A stretch of 64,000 nt of DNA from Deltaproteobacteria bacterium RBG_13_43_22 (GTDB lineage Bacteria; Desulfobacterota; RBG-13-43-22). The translations under genes were made by a program, and so were the position numbers. A model generated the notes under the pieces. The model was not told where the DNA came from. It did not search any database and worked only from the letters and a program-made list of their open reading frames with translations. This document shows positions 54,517 through 62,655 of the stretch, piece by piece. Location of the stretch: the NCBI GenBank assembly GCA_001797675.1, contig MGQB01000018.1, positions 30,495-94,494 on the forward strand, given 5' to 3'. Within the stretch, counting starts at the first letter, position 1; each line of letters opens with the position of its first letter.

Positions 54517-56762
54517 TGTCGAAATATTCCGTGGTCGGTCGGCGTTTACCCAGAGTGGACGCTCTCAGCAAGGTGACCGGGGAGGCCGTTTTCAGCGGCG
54601 ATATTGCCTTGCCCCATCTGCTTCACGGCAAGGTGCTCAGAAGCCCCTATTCCCATGCCGTAATCCGTCGTTTGGATGTAAGGAAAGCGCAGGGCCTGGA
54701 TGGGGTCATGGCCATTATTACCGCCTCGGACGTACCTGGATATAAAAAAAGGAGTGAACTAACCTTCTCCGAACTACCGCACCTGGCCAAGGATAAGGTG
54801 GTCTATGCGGAACAACCTGTGGCGGCAGTGGCGGCTTTAAGCAAGGAGATCGCCGAAAAGGCCCTGGACCTCATCCGGGTGGATTATGAAGCCTTGCCCC
54901 CGGTCCTCGACCCGTTGGAGGCCATGGAGCCGACTTCGCCGTTAATCCATCAGGATCTATATACCAATATCATACCCAATCCCGAACCCGGCAAAAAGGA
55001 CCGGCCCAGTAATATTGCCTATCACGTGAAAATCAATAAAGGGGATTTGGAAGCCGGATTCAAGGAAGCCGATATGATCCTGGAAAACACCTATCGTACC
55101 CAAAAGGTTCACCATGGATTTATTGAGCCCTTTGCCGCCGTGGCAGCCGCAGATGCTAACGGGAAGGTGACGGTCTGGACCCAGAGCCAGGGCCTGTTCA
55201 TAGCCCGGCAGATGATTGCCCAATTCCTGGACTTACCCCGAAACCGGGTTAAAGTGATTCCCGTGGAAATAGGCGGCGCCTTCGGGGGTAAAACTTATCA
55301 GCCCCTGGCCCCCCTTTGTGCCCTGCTGGCCATGAAATCCGGACGCCCGGTCCGGATGGAGATGACCCGGGACGAAGTGCTGAAAGACAGCCGCCCGGCC
55401 CCCGAATCCATCATTACCGTCAAGATGGGCGTTACCGATCAGGGCACCATTACGGCCGCTTCAGCCGAATTAATCTATGATGCTGGGGCCTTTCCGGAAA
55501 TGTCCCACGGTATGTTCACCAGCAGCAATGTATTTTGTCAGTATAAAATTCCCAATTTAAGTCTTGACACCAAAGACGTGCTCACCAATAAGGTGCCCTC
55601 GGCTTACTACCGCGCCCCGGGGATTCCCCAGGCCCACTTTGCCATCGAATCCCATCTGGATATTATCGCCCGGAGACTAAAAATGGACCCATTGGAACTA
55701 CGTATTCAAAATGCGGCCGTAAAGGGGGATACGCTGCCTAACGGGGAAATATTACCCCGGGTGGGATTTAAGGAAAGCCTCGAGAAGATGGCGGAGTATT
55801 TGAAACAGAAAGGAAATTTAACCGGCAGGAACCGGGGCCGGGGCATTGCCTGCGGGTTCTGGCACGGTGCCGTGGGAAGCTTCGGGGCTTACATCCAGGT
55901 CAACAACAACGGCTCGGTAAACCTGATCCTTGGCATTACCGACATTTCCGGCAGCCGCACCAGTATCGCTCAAATCGTCGCCGAAGAGCTCGGACTTCCA
56001 TTAAACAAAGTAACGGTGGTCATCGGTGATACGGAGACCGCTCCCTGGGCGACCATGTCGGTAGGCAGTCTGACCGTCTATTCATTGAGTACTGCGGTTT
56101 ACCGCGCCTGTCAGGATGTTAAGGCCCAGATGGGCTCTCTGGCCGCAAAAAAACTTGGGGCGGACCCTTCCGAGATCGAATTTTCCAAGGGGCTTTTTCA
56201 GGTAAAAGGAAATACCGAAAAATCCATCTCCTTTACGGAAATAGCCAGATCAACGGCGATGACTTTCGGCAAAGGACCCGTCTTAGGACGAGGCGCCTTG
56301 GACGGGCTTCCCCCTGCCCCTACCCTATCCGTTCACGCAGCGGACGTGGAAGTTGACGATGAAACCGGGAAGGTCAGGATCAAAGCCTATGCCGTGGCCC
56401 AGGATGTGGGCTTGGCGATCAATCCCCTTTCCGTTGAAGGCCAGATCCAGGGCGCCGTCACCCAGGGTATCGGCTGGGCCTTGATGGAGAACTATATTTT
56501 TGAAAAGGGCGTGATGCAGAATACCACCCTTCTCGATTATCGAATGCCTACCGCCACCGATGTTCCCATGATCGAGGTCTTGATCGTTGAGGTCGGCTCT
56601 TCCAGGGGGGTTTACGGTTTAAGACACGTGGGTGAGCCGCCCATGATACCCGTCCTGGCGGCGGTGGCCAACGCCGTTCACAGCGCCACGGGAGTAAGAT
56701 TCAAGGAGTTGCCCTTGACTCCGGAGGTTGTATTAAAGGGCATAAAACAAAGGGACAAATAA
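54516..56762 (+). CDS. Molybdenum hydroxylase molybdopterin-binding (large, CoxL/XdhA-like) subunit
   Basis: 748 aa; the ATG overlaps the small-subunit stop. Has aldehyde oxidase/xanthine dehydrogenase a/b-hammerhead and Mo-binding regions (AYYRAPG, GEPP near the C-terminus). Confidence 0.85.
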   Translation: MSKYSVVGRRLPRVDALSKVTGEAVFSGDIALPHLLHGKVLRSPYSHAVIRRLDVRKAQGLDGVMAIITASDVPGYKKRSELTFSELPHLAKDKVVYAEQPVAAVAALSKEIAEKALDLIRVDYEALPPVLDPLEAMEPTSPLIHQDLYTNIIPNPEPGKKDRPSNIAYHVKINKGDLEAGFKEADMILENTYRTQKVHHGFIEPFAAVAAADANGKVTVWTQSQGLFIARQMIAQFLDLPRNRVKVIPVEIGGAFGGKTYQPLAPLCALLAMKSGRPVRMEMTRDEVLKDSRPAPESIITVKMGVTDQGTITAASAELIYDAGAFPEMSHGMFTSSNVFCQYKIPNLSLDTKDVLTNKVPSAYYRAPGIPQAHFAIESHLDIIARRLKMDPLELRIQNAAVKGDTLPNGEILPRVGFKESLEKMAEYLKQKGNLTGRNRGRGIACGFWHGAVGSFGAYIQVNNNGSVNLILGITDISGSRTSIAQIVAEELGLPLNKVTVVIGDTETAPWATMSVGSLTVYSLSTAVYRACQDVKAQMGSLAAKKLGADPSEIEFSKGLFQVKGNTEKSISFTEIARSTAMTFGKGPVLGRGALDGLPPAPTLSVHAADVEVDDETGKVRIKAYAVAQDVGLAINPLSVEGQIQGAVTQGIGWALMENYIFEKGVMQNTTLLDYRMPTATDVPMIEVLIVEVGSSRGVYGLRHVGEPPMIPVLAAVANAVHSATGVRFKELPLTPEVVLKGIKQRDK

Positions 56763-56773
56763 TCCTAACCAGG

Positions 56774-57008
56774 GATATTTGAAATTCTTGAATTCAGAAT
56801 CCAGGAGTCAGAATTGAAGCTCCCTGCAACAAGGTGCAGTCCCGCAGGGCGGGATTCCAGGCAAGGAAAGGGTTTATTTGTTGTAGTTCGCTCGCTAACC
56901 CACGCAGCAAGCTGCGGGGAATGCGCTCGCTATTCCTGTTCAAAATGAGAGCGAATCGTTGCTGAGGTTTGATATTTTTTTCTGAATTCTGATTTCCGGC
57001 TCCTGAAT
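56774..57008. repeat. Heptamer-word hairpin repeat carrying a nested structured core (56821-56932)
   Basis: Flank gatatttgaaattct is identical to 14-28. Arms gaattcagaatccaggagtcagaat / TTCTGAA TTCTGAT TTCCGGC TCCTGAA. The core is homologous to 27767-27887. Confidence 0.7.
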
Positions 57009-57051
57009 GCTTTCTATGAATATCCCGATTATTTCCGCAGGTCTTGAAAAA

Positions 57052-57330
57052 ATGGGCACTCTGGTCAAAATAGCCCCGATTTTACAAGAACAGGTCAAGA
57101 TTCCCGACAAGGTGGAAGTTCAGGGGAAAACCATCGGAGAATGCCTGGACGATCTTATCCGGCAATACCCGGAAATTAGAAGCTGGCTGTTTGATCCTAA
57201 TGATCTGCTTCGGGTTTTAATCACCATCAACCATGAGGCGATCTTGGCTTTGAACACTAAAAGCCATCTGTCCAGGACCCTCAAACCGGACGACGAGATT
57301 CGAATACTGGCCGTTTATGCAGGGGGCTGA
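57052..57330 (+). CDS. MoaD/ThiS-family ubiquitin-like sulfur-carrier protein
   Basis: 92 aa ending ..DEIRILAVYAGG (C-terminal Gly-Gly). The start is uncertain; the ORF opens at 57007 inside the repeat. Confidence 0.6.
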   Translation: MGTLVKIAPILQEQVKIPDKVEVQGKTIGECLDDLIRQYPEIRSWLFDPNDLLRVLITINHEAILALNTKSHLSRTLKPDDEIRILAVYAGG

Positions 57331-57431
57331 ACAAAACCGAAAAGGGGCAGGCCCTATTCACTGTCCAAATTGAAAGGTCCGAAAAAAGTTTATTGCCTTT
57401 CCTTTTTCCTTCCCGAATTTCTATTTTCATC

Positions 57432-57625
57432 GTTGTCAACCCAAAACCTGTGAGCCACCTTCCCCCAGCTGAACCTTGAACTGTCCTTGGAAAGCAGGCC
57501 GACAAAAAAATCCAAAAAAAGCAATAGTGATCAGCTTTCTTCAGTTCAACGTTAACATTAGGGCTGGTATGATGCAGGAGGTCACCTTTTGGACAACCAT
57601 AAAAAAAGCCCCCTTACTTCCGGGA
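57432..57625. repeat. Roughly 190-nt conserved element, copy 2 (homologous to 39938-40149)
   Basis: Same ordered blocks as copy 1 (gttgtcaacccaaaacctgt..., gaaagcaggccgacaaaaaaatccaa, cattagggctggtatgatgcaggaggtcaccttttggacaacc). Confidence 0.65.
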
Positions 57626-57766
57626 AAACAGATCCTTCCACCGGGCAAGTTGTAAAAAGTGAAAGGGGGCGAGTTTAGGCAATGGATTGACATCAATGGT
57701 GGTAAATGATACGAAACAAAGAAGACTGTTTTCGATGTCTCTAACCAAATCAAAGGAGGGGTAACC

Positions 57767-58627
57767 ATGGAGTATAAACATATTATTTATCAGCCGGGGA
57801 AAGTGGCACGAATCCTCCTCAATCGTCCCAGATTTCTGAATGCCCAGAGTTATCTTTTGCTGGAAGAGGTGGATTCGGCCCTCAAGATGGCGGCCAAGGA
57901 TCCGCAGTGCGGCGCCATTGTCCTCTCGGGTCTTGGCCGGGCCTTTTCGGCGGGGCACGATATCGGAACCGAGGAAGACAAAGAATACAAACAACAGCAG
58001 GGGTATGCCGTTCGCGCCGAACAGGGGTTGACTCCCTGGTTTGAAGATATGCGAAAAGTTTATATCGAATTTTGCCTGGCCTGGCGTAACCTGCCCAAAC
58101 CCACCATAGCCATGGTCCATGGATATTGCATCTTCGGCGGCTGGATGGTGGCTGCCTCTATGGACATTATCTTCGCCGCCGAGGATGCTCAATTTCTTCC
58201 CGGTTTCGTCGAGTATTTTTCCGTACCATATGACATAGGACCCCGGCGGGCCAAGGAAATCCTTTTTGAACACCGTTTTATGACCGCCCAGGAGGCTTTC
58301 TCCTATGGCTTCATCAATAGGGTATTTGATCCGGAAACCTTGGAGAAAGAGACCCTGGCCTATGCCGAACGGGTGGCGGAAAACTACCTGGACATTCCTT
58401 ACTGGGTGAGACTATGTAAATTCTCCATCAATCACATGGAAGAAACCATGGGTCTAAACGCCGAGGTCGAATCGTCCTTTAATAATTTCTGTCTCATGAC
58501 GGCAACGCGGACCGGAACCATGGCTCCGCCAAGCGAAGGCGGTTTTGCCAGGACCAACATAGCCAAGAAAAATTATGAACTTTCCCTGCCCTGGCTGAAA
58601 AAAGCCGGCCTGAGCAGAAAAGACTAA
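57767..58627 (+). CDS. Enoyl-CoA hydratase/isomerase (crotonase) family protein
   Basis: 286 aa with RPRFLNA..., oxyanion-hole region GLGRAFSAGHD and IAMVHGYCIFGG. Confidence 0.8.
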   Translation: MEYKHIIYQPGKVARILLNRPRFLNAQSYLLLEEVDSALKMAAKDPQCGAIVLSGLGRAFSAGHDIGTEEDKEYKQQQGYAVRAEQGLTPWFEDMRKVYIEFCLAWRNLPKPTIAMVHGYCIFGGWMVAASMDIIFAAEDAQFLPGFVEYFSVPYDIGPRRAKEILFEHRFMTAQEAFSYGFINRVFDPETLEKETLAYAERVAENYLDIPYWVRLCKFSINHMEETMGLNAEVESSFNNFCLMTATRTGTMAPPSEGGFARTNIAKKNYELSLPWLKKAGLSRKD

Positions 58628-58677
58628 CCAAACATATTTGAATTCTTGTATTAAATTAGCTTGTTGAAACAACTGCT

Positions 58678-58865
58678 TTCACCGCAGAGACACAGAGAGC
58701 GCAGAGAAAAAAATTCTCCATTGCAGGTGAGAGTCCTGCAATAGAGAAGCTTCGCTGCCCTTTGGGCAATGATTTGGCCGGAGGCCAGAGGTGGTTTGAA
58801 CAATCCCGCCTCTCACGGGATTGTTCAAAAAAATCCCTTTGCGTTCTTTGCGGCTTTGCGGTGAA
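58678..58865. repeat. Roughly 190-bp inverted-repeat-flanked (MITE-like) element, copy 2
   Basis: Arms ttcaccgcagagacacagagagcgcagagaa / ctttgcgttctttgcggctttgcggtgaa. Same internal hairpins as 47092-47282. Confidence 0.7.
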
Positions 58866-58919
58866 TAAAAGTTCTTTTTTAAAAACTTAGAGTGTTTACG
58901 AATAAAGGAGGTCACCAGT

Positions 58920-59690
58920 ATGTCTGACACCGTTTTGTATGAAGTGAAGAACAACATAGCCTATATTACCCTTAACCGACCGGAAAAATTAAACGCCTTC
59001 AATCTGGAAATGAGTTTTGCCCTGCGGGACACCTGGAAGCGTTTCGAAAAAGATGATGCGGCCCGAGTCGCCATCTTGAGCAGTAATGGCAAGTCCTTCT
59101 CCGTCGGGGTCGATCTGACGGATGAAGATCGAACAATGGGAAAGGCCTGGGAATACCACGAGGCCTACCCCTTGAATGGCACGGACCTTTTCAAGCCGAT
59201 CGTCGGAGCCGTTCGCGGCTACGCCCTCGGATTGGGGTACATCATTTCAGTGACGGGATGTGATATCACCATTGCCTCCGAAAATGCCGTTTTCGGCTAT
59301 CCGGAAAGCAGAGCCGGTGTGGCTCAGATCCCGCCTCAATATGCCCCCTATATGCCTTTCAAGATCGCCCTGGAATTCATGCTCCTCTCCTGGAAAGGCG
59401 GACGCCTGATGAGTGCCAAGCGAGCTATGGGATTCGGCTTGGTCAACGATGTCGTGGCCGATGCCGATTTGATGAATGAAGCCGAAAAATGGGCGGACCT
59501 GTTGAAGCAGGTCCCACCACTTTTTATTCGGTCGGTGAAATATGGGTACTACACCCAGACGGAACGGTCTGCCCGAAAAGTGGAGAGAGAGTATGTGGAC
59601 TATGTTTTGCCCCAGGAATTGAGCGAAGATCGGCAGGAGGCCGCCAATGCCTTTGTCGAAAAAAGAGAACCGCATTTCAAGGGCAAATAA
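58920..59690 (+). CDS. Enoyl-CoA hydratase/isomerase (crotonase) family protein
   Basis: 256 aa with ITLNRPEKLNA, GKSFSVGVDL and VRGYALGLG. Confidence 0.85.
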   Translation: MSDTVLYEVKNNIAYITLNRPEKLNAFNLEMSFALRDTWKRFEKDDAARVAILSSNGKSFSVGVDLTDEDRTMGKAWEYHEAYPLNGTDLFKPIVGAVRGYALGLGYIISVTGCDITIASENAVFGYPESRAGVAQIPPQYAPYMPFKIALEFMLLSWKGGRLMSAKRAMGFGLVNDVVADADLMNEAEKWADLLKQVPPLFIRSVKYGYYTQTERSARKVEREYVDYVLPQELSEDRQEAANAFVEKREPHFKGK

Positions 59691-60052
59691 AAAGATACCA
59701 GGGTTAAGATTTACTTTATTTTTATATTAGGGGTTGGAACAGACCAGACTATTTCTATTGCCCGACTCACAGTAGCCGAATAGAACCCGGAGCTAACCCG
59801 CAGATCGTTTGCGAAGGGTCTGGGTTGAGCGACTGGATAGATTTTGTGCCTTACGAATTTTTGTTTTTTGGGCCGGTCGAAACATCCAAACTTACCCTTC
59901 TGATTTAAACAGCTTCTAATTTTGAATGGGATTCAGCTAATAACTCCTTAAAATACGAATATATTTTTTTGTTTTCATTTGCAACTCCGCTAATAATCAG
60001 TTATCTTTAGAGAAAGAAATGATAACGGCCGTTCACAAAATCGGGAAATGAA

Positions 60053-61417
60053 ATGAAAGAAGAACCTTTGAAAATACATAGTGAGACCCTTTTTGAGGCG
60101 GTCTTGAATACCGTCAGTGACGCCATCACCGTAATCGACAAGGATTTGAACGTCCTTTTCCAGAACGAGGCCGTCCAACAAACCTACGGGCCCAAAATCG
60201 GGGAGAAGTGTTATGCAGCTTACCGTGGGCGCCAGGAGCCTTGCGAAAACTGTATCATCCTGGATGTCATAAAAGATGGAAAACCCAAAAGAGCGCTTCG
60301 GGACGTTCAACTGCCCGACGGCAATATTCTTTGGATGGAGGTTTTTTCAGGACCCTTTAAGGATAGGCAAGGAAAGATCATCGGGGCCACGGAGGTTGTT
60401 CGCAATGTAACGGAACAAGTCCGGCTTTCCGAAGAGTGCGTCACCCTCCGTCGGGAGATGGAACGCCAGGCCCAGTTTAATAACATCATCACCCAGTCCA
60501 AAAGGATGAAAGCGATCTTTCGACTCATCGAAAGGGTGGCCTCCACCATGAGCTCGGTGTTGATTACCGGGGAGTCCGGAACCGGGAAGGAGCTCATTGC
60601 CCGGGCCATTGTTTTTAACTCCGACCGAAAGGACAAGCCTTTCGTAACGGTCAATTGCGGGGCTATCCCGGAAAACCTGCTCGAGTCGGAGCTTTTCGGT
60701 CACGTGCGCGGATCATTTACGGGGGCGATTAAGGATCACAAGGGCCTCATTGAGACGGCCGATAGCGGCACCCTCTTCCTTGATGAAGTCGGAGAGATCC
60801 CTTTACCGGTTCAGGTCAAACTGCTTCGCTTTCTCCAGGAAGGGGAAACCCGCCGAGTCGGAGACACAAAGGTCCGAAAATTTGATGTCCGAATCATCTC
60901 CGCCACAAACCGTAATCTGGAAGAGGCCATCCGTGACGGGATATTCCGGGAAGACTTATTCTTCCGTTTAAATGTGATCCCCATTTTTCTGCCTCCGCTT
61001 CGGGAAAGAAAGGAGGACATCCCTCCCCTGGCCAATCATCTTCTTCAGCGTCTTTGTGATGCCCATTCCCGCAATGTGACGGGGATCTCATCGCAAACCC
61101 TCAGGGCATTTATGACCTACCCCTGGCCTGGAAACGTGAGAGAGATGGAAAATGTGATTGAATATACCTTACACCTCACCGACGAAGGGAATCCCATTCG
61201 ACCGGAACAGCTTCCCCCAAAACTGTTGTCTAAAACAGAGGTTTCCTGGAGTCCTCAGGATTTTGTCTCTATTGAAGAATATACCAAACAGTCCATCCAA
61301 GCCTTGCAGAGCGATCATTCCGAAGACCAAATTGCCGAGAAATTGGGCATCAGCCGAAAAAACTTATGGGAGAAACGAAAAAGATGGGGTCTGGTGAGAC
61401 CTGAAAAAGCCGTTTGA
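60053..61417 (+). CDS. Sigma-54-dependent transcriptional activator (PAS-AAA+-HTH)
   Basis: Walker A GESGTGKE, GAFTGA-type loop GSFTGA, ESELFGH, Walker B LFLDEV and a C-terminal Fis-type HTH. Confidence 0.9.
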   Translation: MKEEPLKIHSETLFEAVLNTVSDAITVIDKDLNVLFQNEAVQQTYGPKIGEKCYAAYRGRQEPCENCIILDVIKDGKPKRALRDVQLPDGNILWMEVFSGPFKDRQGKIIGATEVVRNVTEQVRLSEECVTLRREMERQAQFNNIITQSKRMKAIFRLIERVASTMSSVLITGESGTGKELIARAIVFNSDRKDKPFVTVNCGAIPENLLESELFGHVRGSFTGAIKDHKGLIETADSGTLFLDEVGEIPLPVQVKLLRFLQEGETRRVGDTKVRKFDVRIISATNRNLEEAIRDGIFREDLFFRLNVIPIFLPPLRERKEDIPPLANHLLQRLCDAHSRNVTGISSQTLRAFMTYPWPGNVREMENVIEYTLHLTDEGNPIRPEQLPPKLLSKTEVSWSPQDFVSIEEYTKQSIQALQSDHSEDQIAEKLGISRKNLWEKRKRWGLVRPEKAV

Positions 61418-61734
61418 TCTAATCTTGACCAGTTTGTAAAAAGTCTCCGAAACCCGAGTTACGTCATTCCGGTCCCGCATCAAGTGCGGGATAAACTCCA
61501 ACCGGAATTCTTCTCTGTGGTGAAGCCATGGGTTATCTGCCCCTATGTCCGATCAGATAGTTCCCGTGCCCCAAACACACATAGATTATAAGTATAATGT
61601 CCCCGGAATACCGCACATGTGGTCTTCTGTCAGGCCCTTAGTGGTGCACTTTGAACTGGAATCTGCCTTTCATCGAAATAAATTGGTATGGTGTCCCCTG
61701 ATTTTGTATTTTGCCCTGATTTGAAAAGTTCGCA

Positions 61735-61978
61735 GGGTCAAATCTTAAATATACATAAATTTCAAGATTTCTTGCTGCCTTGAATGAGAAAACATGGTGA
61801 CACCTTACTAGTTTCTTCGTACTACCGTAATGTCTTTCTTTTTCCGTAACGCGCCTGCTCGTCTTTCAGATCAAATCGGGTACTTCTTTCGGCTCAGTTG
61901 TATTCTATTTAAAGTGAACGTCATACTGGGGTAGGTTTCATGCGACCTCTGGTCATGTGTACATTTAAGATTTGATCC
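61735..61978. repeat. Pair of roughly 22-bp inverted repeats at the island junction (IS/MITE remnant?)
   Basis: gggtcaaatcttaaatatacat (61735-61756) versus atgtgtacatttaagatttgatcc (61955-61978). A 9-bp direct repeat catgcgacc lies at 61939 and 61983. Confidence 0.55.
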
Positions 61979-62036
61979 TCGGCATGCGACCACCATTTTC
62001 AGGCTTCATAAGTCAAACGGAGACCTGTCCCCTTTA

Positions 62037-62654
62037 TTATTTTGTTAATCTCTCAGATAAACCCAAAAAATAATCGCTTAGCAAAAGAAAAATAATTTTA
62101 GTTGCCCCTCTTTTTTTCATAATTAATAAGTCTGCCATCGTAGGGTTGAGTGAATATAAATATCCCAATTGATCCTTCACGAATTTTTCAAATTTATTTA
62201 TTGCAGAAGTGGATCTATGTGCAATAGCGTTCCTGATTATACGAATCTCGAATAGTTTATCTGGAGAATCGATTAACTTTTGAACTCTTGAATTTGCTCT
62301 AAAGAAATCATTAATTCTTTGTTTAACTAATGCTGAATCAAGCCAATCTAAGTATTCTTTATCCCTTTCACGTCTAGTTGCATTGATTTTTTTAAAAGCA
62401 TCATTCTTATTTCTTTGACTTGTAATTAAAGGCTTAATTTCATATCCTGATCTAGTTTTTCCAACACATAGACATCTCAAAAAGTATTCTTCACTAAAAA
62501 CTTCCCAGGACACAACAAGTCGAATGAAACAACCTTCAATATGGGTGTCACGCTCTAGACTAGCTGGCTGAGATGAAAGCCCAAGGACAATCCTGTTCAA
62601 TTCTTCAACTTCTTTTTTGAAATGAAAGAATATTGATGTTAGAGAATAAGCCAT
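62037..62654 (-). CDS. HEPN-domain protein (MAE_28990/RiboL-PSP-like), predicted RNase effector
   Basis: 205 aa, all-helical by composition, with a canonical R-x4-H motif (IRNAIAHRS, residues 140-148). The ATG is 1 nt after the DUF262 gene stop. Confidence 0.6.
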   Translation of the reverse strand: MAYSLTSIFFHFKKEVEELNRIVLGLSSQPASLERDTHIEGCFIRLVVSWEVFSEEYFLRCLCVGKTRSGYEIKPLITSQRNKNDAFKKINATRRERDKEYLDWLDSALVKQRINDFFRANSRVQKLIDSPDKLFEIRIIRNAIAHRSTSAINKFEKFVKDQLGYLYSLNPTMADLLIMKKRGATKIIFLLLSDYFLGLSERLTK

Positions 62655-62655
62655 A

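Noticed and set aside
52964-56762. Assigning the Mo-hydroxylase as 4-hydroxybenzoyl-CoA reductase (HcrCAB)
   Set aside because: The FAD subunit (298 aa) lacks the Cys-rich [4Fe-4S] insertion characteristic of HcrB. Substrate assignment from sequence alone is unsupported.
57331-57766. Sigma-54 promoter for the crotonase genes
   Set aside because: The best candidates (aGGCAAtggaTTGAca, cTGGTAtgatGCAgg) have the wrong GG-GC spacing or lack the -12 GC. A PWM scan is needed before any call.
57614-58273. 219-aa minus-strand ORF in the track
   Set aside because: It lies antisense to a well-supported crotonase gene (57767-58627) and partly over the repeat at 57432-57625. It has no recognisable motifs and is a typical shadow ORF.
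58679-58957. 92-aa minus-strand ORF
   Set aside because: It is encoded entirely by the MITE-like repeat 58678-58865. It shares the repeat-derived peptide NPVRGGI with the TlyA tail, so it is a repeat artefact rather than a gene.
61440-62036. tRNA/tmRNA integration site for the AT-rich island
   Set aside because: No cloverleaf-compatible sequence or GTTCGAATC-type T-arm was found here or anywhere else in the window.
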